Source: a virus
Taxonomy: Duplodnaviria > Caudoviricetes
Reading direction: 5' to 3' (one strand)
Virus record (IMG/VR): IMGVR_UViG_638276472_000001
Coordinates: 1 to 64,000 of that record
Length of the DNA stretch: 64,000 nt
Both the position numbers and the translations under genes were made by a program. Below are positions 17,708-28,341 of the stretch, piece by piece (the first letter of the stretch is position 1; every line of letters begins with the position of its first letter). The notes under the pieces were generated by a model, which was not told the origin of the DNA, ran no database searches, and was given only the letters and a program-made list of their open reading frames with translations.

Positions 17708-20700
17708 ATGGCAGTACAGTATGCGGGTGAAGCCGCTATCCGTATTGTTCCTAGCCTCAGGAACTTTCGCTCGCGCGTGCAGAATGAGTTGTCGCGCAAG
17801 CCTCTTCGCTTCGATATTGACATTCGTCCGAATGTTGACACCACGAAGGCTGAGGCTGAGCTAGAAAGGTTCCGCGCCAAGGAATCTGCGGATGCGATCA
17901 ACCTCCGCGCCAAGGTCGATATTCGTGAGGCGCGTCAGGCCTTCTCGCAGGTCCAGCACATTTTCAAGCGCTCGGCTATTGCGAAGGCTTTGCGTGTCAA
18001 CCTTGTCGTGCTTGGCGGGGACGCCGTATACGCTGCCGTTGGCGCTCTTGGTTCTCTTGCCACTGCCGCTGACGTGGCGGGTAAGTCGCTGTTCGCGCTG
18101 CCTGCTGCGTTCGCGTCGGCTGGTGCTGCCGCTGGTGTGTTCGCTGCGTCGTTGATGGGCATCAAGGAAGCGTTCAAGGCGCTGTCGGATGACCAGGAAG
18201 ATGCCGCCCAGAATGCGCGTGAGTTGTCGAATGCTCAGCGCGATGCGGAGAAGGCCCATAGGGATGTTCGCCGTGCCATCAAGGATGTTGGTACGGCTTA
18301 TCGTGATGCCCGCCGCGAGGTTGAGGACTTGCATCGTGAGGTGCGTCGTGGGTCGTTGACTGAGGCTGAGGCGTTGCTGGATCTTCAGGACGCGGTTGAC
18401 AACCTGAAGAATGGTTCGTTCAAGAGCCTGAACGAGTTCCGCCGCGCACAGTTGAATGTGCTGAAGTCGTATGACTCGTTGCAGGAAACTCAGCTCCGTA
18501 ACACCCGCAACCAGGAAGACTTGAATCAGGCTCAGTCCGAAGGCATTGCGAACAACCAGCGTGTTGTGCAGGCTTTGGATGCGATGTCGGATGCCCAGCA
18601 GCGTGTGGCCGATTCGGCTGACCGCATGGCGAAGGCTACCGAGTCGAAGGGTGATGCGGCCCTTGCGAAGTTGGCTCCGGAGGCTCAGGAATTCGTACTC
18701 GCTTTGAAGGGTGCGGAGTCGGAGTTCATGAACTTCGTGCGCCTTATCCAGGGCGACGTGTTCCGTGGCCAGGCGAACAATGTCATTGACACTCTTCGCA
18801 CTTCGATCAAGAATCTTGGCCCTGATATTCGTGGTGTGGCTGGCGAGGTCAACGGGGTTCTTCAGGACCTTGGCGCTTCGCTGCGTTCGCCGGAGAATCA
18901 GAACCTGTTGAAGGGTGTGCTTGGTAACACCAAGTCGGGTCTGAACACTTTGCGCGATGGCATTGACCCTCTTGTTAATTCGCTTCTGCGCCTGTCGAAC
19001 ACTTCCGGATTCACTTCCCTTGCAGGGTGGTTGGTGACTCTGATTGACCGCTGGGATGCGTTCATTGAGCGTATCGACGCGTCGGGCGAGCTGGACGAGT
19101 GGATTCAGAACGGTATTCAGGGTCTCGACAATCTTCTGAACACGATCATTAACCTTGGGTCGTTCATCGCTAATGTGGCTGACGCGTGGCGCGCCGCTGG
19201 TGGTGACGCTCAGGGCGTCTTGGGTTCTGCCGAAAAGCTGACTGACCGTCTTGCGAAGTGGTCGGAGTCGGCTCAGGGCAAGAACTCGATGATCAATTAC
19301 TTCCGTGATGTTCGCGGGTTCATTGACGAAATCAAGGACGCATTCGGTGACATGCGTCCACTTCTTGCTTCCATCACTCAGTTCGTGCGTGACTGGTCCA
19401 CCGTCATGCTGAATCTTCTTGGTACTGCTGCCAAGTTGACTGAGTGGGTGGATGAGCACACCGGCTTGGTGAAGGTTCTTCTGTGGACTTGGTTGTCGTT
19501 CCGCACCATCGCTCCTATCTGGGGGATGCTTCAGACTGGTGCCAAGAATTATCTGAAGGTTGTCAAGGGTCTAGGTGAGGCCCAGGTGCCGGTGTTCCGA
19601 AACATGAACAACGGCTTGACCACCGCTAAGGACAACTGGAAGCAGATGACCGGCTATCAGGCCGGTGCCCATAGCACTTTCCAGCGCAGCAACATCCTGT
19701 TGACTGGTCAGGCTGCCGCTTTGCGTGACAACTTCGACGCCCAGAAGAAGATGCTGTCGCAGTTGCAGAAGACCAGCCCGCAGATCGTGGCGATGGGTAA
19801 TGCCGCTAAGGATGCAACCGGCAAGGTTGGTGGCGGTCCTGCTGGCGTGCAGGCTGGTTTGCGTGGTGCCCTTGGTGGTATCGCTGCGTTCATTGGTCCG
19901 TTGGCTGCCTCGATTGTGGCCACTGGCGGAATTATGTGGGCCATCGACAAGTTGGGCGAGGCTCACCGTAACGCCGCACGTGATGCCGATGACCAGCGTG
20001 CCGCTTTGGAGAACTTGAAGCAGACGCTTGACTCGACTACTGGTGCGTTCACTCAGCAGACTGCGCTTGAGTCGGCTAAGCAGGCCCAGTCGTACAGCAT
20101 CCCGAACTTCCCTGGCGGCGGCAACCGTAATGTGTTGTCGGACTTCGCCCGTACTGGCTTGGGCACTCCGCAGGATCTGATCAATGCGGGTAACCCAACT
20201 CAGCAGGCTCTCCGTAACGACGTTCTGGGCAAGCTGGACAACCAGACTCGTATCCGTGTTGAGCAGTCGCCTGAGTGGGCGCGTGGCCGTAAGTTCTGGG
20301 AAGAGCACGGCGTCACGTCGCTGGTGATGGCTCAGGCCATGAACGGTGACCCTTCGGCGGTTGCGAAGGTTCAGGCGGCTGAGCGTCAGGCGTTCGACCC
20401 CAAGGGAACTGGCAACCTGGGTGATAGGACTTACCAGTCGGCTCAGCGTCATCGTCATGGTATCGAAGACCTTTCGGCGATGATCTCCGCTACTGGCACG
20501 TATGACTTCGCGTCGTCGGCCATCTTCATCCGTGACCGTGCCGGGGCTTTGACTCAGGGCGGGCAGGCAATTCAGGAAGCCAACACGGCTGCTAATGGTC
20601 CTGTTGCGCTGAAGCCTGGCTCCACTCTGGGTGGTCCTGGTGCTCGCGTATACCGTGAGGGCGACACGTACAAGGTGGAGACTTCCGGTTCGGTTCCTCC

Positions 20701-23659
20701 TGGCTGGGAACAGGGTGTGCCTTCGGAAATTGGTCAGGCTATTCGTCTTCCGGATGGCCGTGGCCAGATTTTGTTGACTCCTGAGGCTGTGAAGAACAAC
20801 ATCGCCGGGTATGCCACTGGTGGTTTGATTCGCGGTGTTGGTTCTGGCACTAGCGATTCCAATATTGTCCGCGCGTCGATGGGTGAGTTCATCGTCCGCA
20901 AGGCCGCTGTGGACAAGTATGGCGTGCAAACGCTGAACAGCATCAACCAGGGCGAGATGCCAAGGTTTGATGGCGGCGGTATTTTCGCTGGCCCGTATGA
21001 CAATCCACCTCCTAACCCTTGGGCTGGCGTGTCGGCCAAGGGTACTACTGGCGTGTGGACCCCACCTCAGCAGCCGGGTGGTTCGGCGCTGTTGCGTGAG
21101 GCTGGCAAGACTGCGTCGCGTCTTCTGTTGGGTAGTGATCCTTACCCTGATTGGAAGCCGACTGTTCAGCTTGGGCCTCCGACGCCTCAGCCGGATAGCG
21201 GTGTGGATGACTGGATTGCCAAGCAGGGTCTTCCACAGCCTAAGCCTGCGCCGATCCCTACTCCTACGGCTCCGCAGAACAAGACGCCTGCGGCTCAGCC
21301 GACCGGCACTCCGGTAAAGGCCCCTAATACGAGTGGGCAGAAGACGGGTACCACCCCGACCGCTACTCCGACCACGCATGGTTCGGGTACTGCGGGACCG
21401 GGGAATACTGTCACGCCTCCGAACGGCATCCCTCACGGCCAGGGGGCCGCTACAAACCTTGGGGGTACTGGTTATACCGTACCTACCACGTTTGGCGCTT
21501 CTGTGCCCGCTGGGGCCGCTGCAATCCCCGGTTCTTCGTACGGTCTGCCCGCTGGTAGCGCCATCAGCTACGGAGCTGAGGGATTCCCCGATTGGGTGTA
21601 CACCCTTGGTTCTCAGTATGGTGTGGAAGCTTCGACCTACGCGGGGCACCAGGAACGCTCGGGTCAGAATCGTGGCCTTGACTGGCGTCCAAAGGGTATT
21701 GACGTACACACCCCTGAGGGTGCGGCGATCATGGACCGCTTCGCCCAGGCAATGATCAACACGCCTGGCGTGGAACAGGTCATTTGGAAGAATCCGTTCA
21801 CTGGCCAGATGTTCGGCAAGGACCCTGGCGACCGTGGCGCGAATCAGTCGATTGAGGACTACTACCGCGACGACTGGGCGGGCCACACCGATCACGTTCA
21901 TATTCGCACCTCGCAGGCTCTCGGTTTCCCTGAGGGTTTGAATCCTCAGGTGTTGGCGCAGTACCAGGCCCAGGGCCTACTTCCCAACCTGCCGGGCGTT
22001 GGCAACCTTGGTGCGCAGCAGAAGCAGCAGCCAAAGAGCTTGCTGGACTTGATTGTTGACAAGTACCGCAAGGCATACGAGCCTGAGCAGATCATGCAGT
22101 TCCTGGGCGACCAGGCTGCGAATGTCGGTAGGTCGTTGCAGGGCATCGGTCTTCAGGCATTGCAGGGCTTCACCGGCTTGGACCTGAGCGGCGTGTTCGG
22201 TAACGCAAGCAGCATCGGCTCCCACTTCCTGGGCGGCGGTGGGGATGGTGAAACCGGCTCGCTTGAAGAGGGGTCGGCCCTGGACCAGGCGATCACCGGC
22301 AACATGGACCAGTTCATGGCTGGCAACGGTGCGCTCGGTGTGGACATCGCTTCGCTGTTCGGTGGCCAGAAGCCCGCAACCAAGTCGCAGGGTGAAGGTG
22401 TAGACCAGTGGGACGACACCATTTTCGGTGTCTTGATGCAGCTTGCCCAGATGGGTCTCATCAACCCTTCGGAGATCCCTGACTGGATGGACGCGGTGAA
22501 GCGTCAGATGAAGATCGAGTCGGGCGGTAACCCCGGCGCGGTCAATAACTGGGATAGCAACGCGGCCAAGGGAACTCCATCCAAGGGTCTGATGCAGATG
22601 GTGGAGGGCACCTTCAACCAGCACAAGGTGCCTGGCATTGGTAGTGGTCAGTGGCTTGACCCGGTGTCGCAGATCGCGGCTTCGGTGATGTACGCCAAGT
22701 CCAAGGGTGGGCCGTCGTACATGACCGGCAAGCAGGGTTATGCCACTGGTGGTATGACTCCTAGCGACCTGATTCGTGTGTCGCGCGGCGAGTTCCGTAT
22801 GCAGCCCAAGGCTGTGTCGAAGTTCGGTTTGGGCTTCATGAACGCGCTGAACGCTGGCCAGCTTCCTGGCTTCTCTGAGGGTGGCGCTCCATTCCTGCCG
22901 TTCATGCCTACACCCGCCACGCCGCCACCTCCTAGCGGTCCTACCACACCTCCCGCACCGGGCGCTCAGCCCCATGGTCCCGCACCTCAGGCACCGGGTG
23001 TTCCTGCTCCGACGCCTGGTCCTGGGGTGCCCCCACCGGGTGGTCCGCTTCCTGGTCCCGCACCGGCTGAATTGGTTGGCCCTAATGGGGAATTGGACCC
23101 TCAGCAGCAGGCTCTTGCTGAGCAGCTAACTCGCGGTTTGGGCGCTGTTGGCGCTTCGCAGGGTAACATGGGTACTGGGTATCTGAACCCTGGCATCACT
23201 GGTGCCATTGAGGGTGGCTTCAACGCTCTCGGTTCGGCGGCGGGTACCGCTGCTGCTCTTGGTATCTCGGCTGGCACTATGGGTGCTGGTGCAGGTCCTG
23301 CCGCTGGTGCTGCCTCGCAGGCCATCTCGGCTGGTTTCCAGATCGCCGGTAAGGTCGCTTCGGGCGCTGCTAACATTCTGGGCGCTGCTGGTGTGGGTTC
23401 GATCAAGGATATCGGTTCTCAGGCAACCCCTTCGGGTGCGCCGTTGCTTCCTGTGCAGACTCCGGAGACTTTCGGTGCGCTGCCTTCGCAGCAGCAGATG
23501 CAGCAGGCCCAGAACCCTCAGCCCGCTCAGGCCGGTCCAATGATCGTGAACAACTACATGGGCGGCATCCACACCACCAACCTTGACGACTTCCAGCGTC
23601 GCCAGCAGAGGTTGATGGATCAGCAGGGCCAGCCCATCATCAGCAAGTACGCCATCTAA
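17708..23659 (+). CDS. tape measure protein with muralytic domains
   Basis: ~1983 aa, Ala/Gly-rich; ESGGNP..VNNWDSNA..GTPSKGLMQ (lytic transglycosylase-like); GHQE..GLD...HTDHVH. Confidence 0.95.
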   Translation: MAVQYAGEAAIRIVPSLRNFRSRVQNELSRKPLRFDIDIRPNVDTTKAEAELERFRAKESADAINLRAKVDIREARQAFSQVQHIFKRSAIAKALRVNLVVLGGDAVYAAVGALGSLATAADVAGKSLFALPAAFASAGAAAGVFAASLMGIKEAFKALSDDQEDAAQNARELSNAQRDAEKAHRDVRRAIKDVGTAYRDARREVEDLHREVRRGSLTEAEALLDLQDAVDNLKNGSFKSLNEFRRAQLNVLKSYDSLQETQLRNTRNQEDLNQAQSEGIANNQRVVQALDAMSDAQQRVADSADRMAKATESKGDAALAKLAPEAQEFVLALKGAESEFMNFVRLIQGDVFRGQANNVIDTLRTSIKNLGPDIRGVAGEVNGVLQDLGASLRSPENQNLLKGVLGNTKSGLNTLRDGIDPLVNSLLRLSNTSGFTSLAGWLVTLIDRWDAFIERIDASGELDEWIQNGIQGLDNLLNTIINLGSFIANVADAWRAAGGDAQGVLGSAEKLTDRLAKWSESAQGKNSMINYFRDVRGFIDEIKDAFGDMRPLLASITQFVRDWSTVMLNLLGTAAKLTEWVDEHTGLVKVLLWTWLSFRTIAPIWGMLQTGAKNYLKVVKGLGEAQVPVFRNMNNGLTTAKDNWKQMTGYQAGAHSTFQRSNILLTGQAAALRDNFDAQKKMLSQLQKTSPQIVAMGNAAKDATGKVGGGPAGVQAGLRGALGGIAAFIGPLAASIVATGGIMWAIDKLGEAHRNAARDADDQRAALENLKQTLDSTTGAFTQQTALESAKQAQSYSIPNFPGGGNRNVLSDFARTGLGTPQDLINAGNPTQQALRNDVLGKLDNQTRIRVEQSPEWARGRKFWEEHGVTSLVMAQAMNGDPSAVAKVQAAERQAFDPKGTGNLGDRTYQSAQRHRHGIEDLSAMISATGTYDFASSAIFIRDRAGALTQGGQAIQEANTAANGPVALKPGSTLGGPGARVYREGDTYKVETSGSVPPGWEQGVPSEIGQAIRLPDGRGQILLTPEAVKNNIAGYATGGLIRGVGSGTSDSNIVRASMGEFIVRKAAVDKYGVQTLNSINQGEMPRFDGGGIFAGPYDNPPPNPWAGVSAKGTTGVWTPPQQPGGSALLREAGKTASRLLLGSDPYPDWKPTVQLGPPTPQPDSGVDDWIAKQGLPQPKPAPIPTPTAPQNKTPAAQPTGTPVKAPNTSGQKTGTTPTATPTTHGSGTAGPGNTVTPPNGIPHGQGAATNLGGTGYTVPTTFGASVPAGAAAIPGSSYGLPAGSAISYGAEGFPDWVYTLGSQYGVEASTYAGHQERSGQNRGLDWRPKGIDVHTPEGAAIMDRFAQAMINTPGVEQVIWKNPFTGQMFGKDPGDRGANQSIEDYYRDDWAGHTDHVHIRTSQALGFPEGLNPQVLAQYQAQGLLPNLPGVGNLGAQQKQQPKSLLDLIVDKYRKAYEPEQIMQFLGDQAANVGRSLQGIGLQALQGFTGLDLSGVFGNASSIGSHFLGGGGDGETGSLEEGSALDQAITGNMDQFMAGNGALGVDIASLFGGQKPATKSQGEGVDQWDDTIFGVLMQLAQMGLINPSEIPDWMDAVKRQMKIESGGNPGAVNNWDSNAAKGTPSKGLMQMVEGTFNQHKVPGIGSGQWLDPVSQIAASVMYAKSKGGPSYMTGKQGYATGGMTPSDLIRVSRGEFRMQPKAVSKFGLGFMNALNAGQLPGFSEGGAPFLPFMPTPATPPPPSGPTTPPAPGAQPHGPAPQAPGVPAPTPGPGVPPPGGPLPGPAPAELVGPNGELDPQQQALAEQLTRGLGAVGASQGNMGTGYLNPGITGAIEGGFNALGSAAGTAAALGISAGTMGAGAGPAAGAASQAISAGFQIAGKVASGAANILGAAGVGSIKDIGSQATPSGAPLLPVQTPETFGALPSQQQMQQAQNPQPAQAGPMIVNNYMGGIHTTNLDDFQRRQQRLMDQQGQPIISKYAI

Positions 23660-23667
23660 GGTGAGAC

Positions 23668-25263
23668 ATGTTCGAGGACGTAGACGAGTACCCGGCGAAG
23701 ATTGAGATCTTCGGCTGGCAGAACACCGATTTGGATGTGAACCATCCTCACTACTTCTGCATCTCCGGTGACGGTAAGGGTGAGGAAGGCGCTATCTTGC
23801 GCCCAAATCTCAAGGGGGCCATTGACGCTCCGGTGAAGTCGTTGTGGCTTCCTGGTGCGTTCGGTCAGGTGTTCGTTGACTTCCGTTGGCAGCGTAGGGA
23901 TGTCGTCTTCACCGTGTTCCTGTTTGACCCTGGTGACGATACGGCTTCCGGTTTCCACACTATCGACGCCCGTTGGCGTGCGTGCTGGGACTACGTCCGT
24001 GAGTCCACTATCCGCTGGACTTACCAGGACGAGACGATGGACGAGCCTGATGTGCGAATCATCAAGGCCCGCATGCTGGAAGAGCCGAAGTCGTATTCGA
24101 CTGACCCGTGGGAGGGTAAGGACCCTCACCTGTATCACTGCGCGAACATCGTGATGACCACGGCGTGCGAGCTTCCTTTCTATCAGGCCCCGAACAAGGT
24201 GTACACCTGGGTTCCCGAGGTGGGTGAGTTCGCCGCCGAGGTTGACTTCTCGACTATCGAGGACACTGAGATCCCCGTCGGGTTCGAATTGAAGTCCACG
24301 CTCGGCTCGGGTGGTGGCATGCAGGTCGTTGACGGCAAGTGGGTATGGGTGTCGTCGGGTTCTGTTGCGGCGGAACAGACTTACTTGTACACCGCTGGGG
24401 AGCCTGAGACCGACTTCTTCGAGGTGGCGATGAAGGTCTCGGCGCTTCCGGAGTTGGGCTTCAATCCCGGTGACACATGGTTGATCGGTCGCTCGGATGA
24501 CGACATGGACAACTTTGTGTTCTGCAAGATTGAGTACCAGATCGCAAACTTGGTGGCACTGGTGACCTTTGGGTACGTGAAGGACGGCGGTAACCCTGTC
24601 CCGCTTTCGATCCTCCCCACTGTCGTCACTGGTGTTTCACCAGGCGACACATGGTATTTCGCTGGGACGGGTAATACCACATTCCGCTTGAAGCTGAATG
24701 ATCGCGTGGTCGCTCGCGGCAAGGATACTGGTGGGAACTCCCGCGTGGGTGCGGACTACCGTGGCGTTGGCTTCAAGTTCGCCGCCGCACCGACCTACCT
24801 GTTTGGTCAGCATGAGCCTGCGCCCGTGTCTTTGGTGGCGTTCCGTGATGTTCCTACGGCTGATGAACAGGAACTCACCTTCGAGGTGACCAATGATGGC
24901 GATGTGCCATGCTTCCCACGTTGGACCCTGACTGGGAATGCGGACTGGACTCTGCCCGATTATTCGTTCGGGAATGAAGAGTATGGTCGCCCAATCGAGG
25001 ATGCGGATCGTGAAGTTCCATTGCCGCACTTGCCGATTGATGTTGGGTGTGTGGCGGATGCCGACCCCCGTCGCAGGACTTTGATGGCTGACGACAGGTC
25101 GCACCTTCAGGGCCGCTGGAAGGGTCAGGATCTTCTATATCCGATTCCGCATGGCACACATACGATTACGGTTCGCGTAGCCAACGCTGAGGATGGGTTC
25201 GCCATGAGGCTTGAACTCCCACAGTGGTTTACGCGTCCATGGGGAAGGGTTGATGAGCTGTGA
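23668..25263 (+). CDS. minor tail protein (distal tail-like)
   Basis: Follows TMP; NDGDVPCFPRWTL..WTLPDYS, PQWFTRPWG motifs. Confidence 0.88.
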   Translation: MFEDVDEYPAKIEIFGWQNTDLDVNHPHYFCISGDGKGEEGAILRPNLKGAIDAPVKSLWLPGAFGQVFVDFRWQRRDVVFTVFLFDPGDDTASGFHTIDARWRACWDYVRESTIRWTYQDETMDEPDVRIIKARMLEEPKSYSTDPWEGKDPHLYHCANIVMTTACELPFYQAPNKVYTWVPEVGEFAAEVDFSTIEDTEIPVGFELKSTLGSGGGMQVVDGKWVWVSSGSVAAEQTYLYTAGEPETDFFEVAMKVSALPELGFNPGDTWLIGRSDDDMDNFVFCKIEYQIANLVALVTFGYVKDGGNPVPLSILPTVVTGVSPGDTWYFAGTGNTTFRLKLNDRVVARGKDTGGNSRVGADYRGVGFKFAAAPTYLFGQHEPAPVSLVAFRDVPTADEQELTFEVTNDGDVPCFPRWTLTGNADWTLPDYSFGNEEYGRPIEDADREVPLPHLPIDVGCVADADPRRRTLMADDRSHLQGRWKGQDLLYPIPHGTHTITVRVANAEDGFAMRLELPQWFTRPWGRVDEL

Positions 25264-27644
25264 GTGTACCTGCACCCACTTCGCATTTCGACTGGCACGA
25301 GGGAAGCGGTTCGACTACCACCTCCCTGGTTGGGGGCTACACCCTAACCGTTAGCAACTGGGCCTCAAGGCAGTCTGTGGGTTCTATCGGACCTAGCGTG
25401 TTGTCGGACAATTGGACCCTTTTTGCGCGTGTGACTTTGACTCAGTTGTCGGGGTCGAGTGGTTCGATCTTCAACACCAATAGTGGGAACAATGAGGCTT
25501 CGTGGATCAATATCGACAGCGAACGTCGCATCGGTGTGTGGCCCGACTTCAATGGTGATCCCCTTCCTGAGGTGGGTGTTCCGTTCGACTTGGCGATTGT
25601 CGGAAATGACGACAATGTGCGGTTCTTCGTGGACGGTGTGCAGGTCGCCTCCGATGACACCTTCCTGGCGTTTAACCCCGGTTCGGGTGGCTTTAGGGTC
25701 ATGCGTGATGTTGGTCTTGAGTACGACATCGAAGAATTGCGTTTCTGGAATTCTACCCTGACCGATGCACAGGTGATGGAGTTGTCTACCCCGCCACAGG
25801 ATGTCGCCCTATCGAGCGTAGACAGCGGCGAAGTCTTTGGCACACCTAGTGTTTTGCAGACCGATCCAGAGCCTGACGATGCCTTGACGGAGGCGAACGA
25901 GAAGCTGGACGCTATCTCGCAGAACGTAGAGGACTATCGCTACGAGCTGGACGTGATGCGCCGCGCAAAGCCCCAGATCACCTTCTACCGCAACAAGGCT
26001 GGCAATGGACCTCTTGGCCCTGCCGATGGCGGTGGACCCGGCTTGGAGTACTACGGGCGTGTGGTGCAGCAGGATACGATCCGTGCGTCGTTCCCATTCA
26101 AGAAGAACGTCTCGGCGCAGGGTGTGCTTGAGCTGCGCTTCGATCACTACATCGCGGAGTGGTTGCGCACCATCCCGAATGATCCTGAGCAGTGTAAGAA
26201 CGTCGTGATCCGCGTGGATATGTTCGGCGGCAAGTTGCGCTGGACCGGATTGCTTCATCACTGGGAAGTTAAGGAAGACGCTGAAGGCATCGTCTACATG
26301 GAGTGTGTATTCCATGACGATCTTCAGTTCCTCCAGTTCCTGCTTGGGCCTCCGAACCCCGCGCTGCCGATCCCGATCTTCCAGTTCCCAAGGGTGCTAC
26401 CGATTTTCGGGCCTGCCAAGTGGGCTTGCTCAATCATGGTGCTTATCAACCTACTTCGCAACCAGGCACCGATCTATCACCTTCCGGACGACCCGTTCGA
26501 CTTCGATCAGTGGATCGACATCCTGCCTTCGGAGTGGAAGGATTGGCAGTGCCACGTCAAGTGCAACCCTCTGCCGCTTGATGATTCGTCGCTGTGGACT
26601 GTTCTCGGCACGCGTATGAACCCGATTGACTCCGTGCTCTCGGAGGCGTTGGAGGATGCGCAGTTGACCATCCGCTACCGTCGCGTGTTCACCGATGAGG
26701 GTGAGACCGAGAACGGTGTGCTGTTTGTGGAGCCAGACCAGTTCGCCAATGGCGCTTTGGTTTTCGAGTTCGTTGACGACTCGGGTTACTACGATTTGCT
26801 TCGTGGTACGTTCCTGTCGGGCACTATCGCCTCGGGCATGGTTCGCTCGGTGGTGCAGTGGGTTGGGGGTTTCATTGAGGACACCATCGTCACCATCGCT
26901 GACGACGAGACCATGTATCCGGACGAATACTGGGGGCCAGGTTTCCTGGGGACGCTTGCTTCAGCGCCCTGGTTGGTCATCAGGGACTCCGCTTACACCC
27001 CAGTCGGTTCGAGGGGTTTGTCGTGGGCACCGGCCACTGCGGTTAGCGCAGTTGTGGGTGGCGGCAACCCAATTGCGGATGCCATCGCCCGTCTGATCAT
27101 TGAGACCACGGGAAATATCTTGGGATACTTCCTACTTGGTGGTTTCTCGTCGGCGGGTACCATCGCTGCCGACTTGATCATGCCGTTCCTTGAGGGCACC
27201 ATCGCGGCGTGGCTGGAGTGGAAGAACATTGGCCGCGCGAACCAGTTGGGCTGGTGTCATCTCTTTGAGCTGTACCAGCAGGGTGCAGAGTCAAATGCAT
27301 GGAGCCTCAGCGCAATTGCCGCCCTTCGTGGTGCGTTCCTGGCGTCGCGTTCGGAGACCTCGCATACTGTCAACCTTCGTGGCACCAACTGGGTCATTCC
27401 TGGGGTAGACTTCACGGTGGGAAGCCGAGTTGGCCACACCATGCGTGGCTTTGAGGGCTTCATCTTTGTCAACCAGTGCGAGGCGATCAACGTTCAGTGG
27501 GACAATACTGGCGAAGATCCCTTCGCTTTCGAGTGTACGTTTGGTCAGAACAAGGCCGCGATGTCGTCGGGCGAGCGCACTATGCGCGTCGTGAAGAGGC
27601 TTGCGGATATCGTCCATAACATTGGCGTGCATCTCGTCTCCTGA
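25260..27644 (+). CDS. minor tail protein with N-terminal LamG/ConA-like domain
   Basis: FFVDGVQV..IEELRFWNSTLT; PNPALP..FQFPR..GPAKW motif of mycobacteriophage minor tails. Confidence 0.88.
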   Translation: MSVPAPTSHFDWHEGSGSTTTSLVGGYTLTVSNWASRQSVGSIGPSVLSDNWTLFARVTLTQLSGSSGSIFNTNSGNNEASWINIDSERRIGVWPDFNGDPLPEVGVPFDLAIVGNDDNVRFFVDGVQVASDDTFLAFNPGSGGFRVMRDVGLEYDIEELRFWNSTLTDAQVMELSTPPQDVALSSVDSGEVFGTPSVLQTDPEPDDALTEANEKLDAISQNVEDYRYELDVMRRAKPQITFYRNKAGNGPLGPADGGGPGLEYYGRVVQQDTIRASFPFKKNVSAQGVLELRFDHYIAEWLRTIPNDPEQCKNVVIRVDMFGGKLRWTGLLHHWEVKEDAEGIVYMECVFHDDLQFLQFLLGPPNPALPIPIFQFPRVLPIFGPAKWACSIMVLINLLRNQAPIYHLPDDPFDFDQWIDILPSEWKDWQCHVKCNPLPLDDSSLWTVLGTRMNPIDSVLSEALEDAQLTIRYRRVFTDEGETENGVLFVEPDQFANGALVFEFVDDSGYYDLLRGTFLSGTIASGMVRSVVQWVGGFIEDTIVTIADDETMYPDEYWGPGFLGTLASAPWLVIRDSAYTPVGSRGLSWAPATAVSAVVGGGNPIADAIARLIIETTGNILGYFLLGGFSSAGTIAADLIMPFLEGTIAAWLEWKNIGRANQLGWCHLFELYQQGAESNAWSLSAIAALRGAFLASRSETSHTVNLRGTNWVIPGVDFTVGSRVGHTMRGFEGFIFVNQCEAINVQWDNTGEDPFAFECTFGQNKAAMSSGERTMRVVKRLADIVHNIGVHLVS

Positions 27645-27659
27645 TTCAAGGGAATCATC

Positions 27660-27872
27660 ATGATTGAGGTTATTTTTCGCGCTTCCAACGACATTGAGGG
27701 TGTGTCTGCGAAGGCTATCCACGAGGCGATGGAAGACCTGGGGTTGGATCTGATCACCTCACCTGCCGGATACGTTGTACACGTTCACAATCTGGACTGC
27801 ATTGAGGATTATCCTGAGGACTATTCCAATTGTCCACACCTTGGCCTGAGGCGCGACGACGAAGAGGTGTGA
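27660..27872 (+). CDS. hypothetical protein
   Basis: 70 aa with SD in tail operon. Confidence 0.7.
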   Translation: MIEVIFRASNDIEGVSAKAIHEAMEDLGLDLITSPAGYVVHVHNLDCIEDYPEDYSNCPHLGLRRDDEEV

Positions 27873-27873
27873 C

Positions 27874-28341
27874 ATGTACGTGCCAGGTATTCACCCACCG
27901 GACCCGAATGATCCGAAGGGTATGGCATGGGTGTTCGCGGCTGGATTCGCCGACCCTCGTCCCGGTTATCCGAATCAGGCTCTTGTGCTTAAGCAGTCGT
28001 GGGAGCCTACGTCACAGATGTGGTGGGACTTGGGGCTTCGTTGGCATCCTGAGCTTCAGACGAAGTGGATCAAGGGTGGTGGCCAGTTCGGTGCTGGTGA
28101 GATTGTCGATGCCCCACCGGAAGAGAAGTCGCTTCAGGAACTCGCCGAAGAAATGGCGGCTGAGCAGTTCGCTCAGATGAAGGCCGAGGTGGACCGTGTT
28201 CGTGAGCACGGCTCCGAATGGGAAAAGGAACGTTTGCGTCAGCGATTCAAGATGGCTGGCGAGCAGGCTAAGCAGATGGCCGAAATGCTGGATCAGGCAG
28301 CAGATTCCGAGTTGAAGAGGATTGAAAAGGAAGAGCACTAA
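27874..28341 (+). CDS. minor tail-associated protein (DUF2744-like)
   Basis: DP..P....W......S..WWDLG.R.HPELQT. Confidence 0.75.
   Translation: MYVPGIHPPDPNDPKGMAWVFAAGFADPRPGYPNQALVLKQSWEPTSQMWWDLGLRWHPELQTKWIKGGGQFGAGEIVDAPPEEKSLQELAEEMAAEQFAQMKAEVDRVREHGSEWEKERLRQRFKMAGEQAKQMAEMLDQAADSELKRIEKEEH

Noticed and set aside
8263-22975. Long antisense ORFs (507, 479, 532, 776 and 332 aa) opposite terminase, tail and tape-measure genes
   Set aside because: Shadow frames produced by codon bias of the real genes; no motifs or SD
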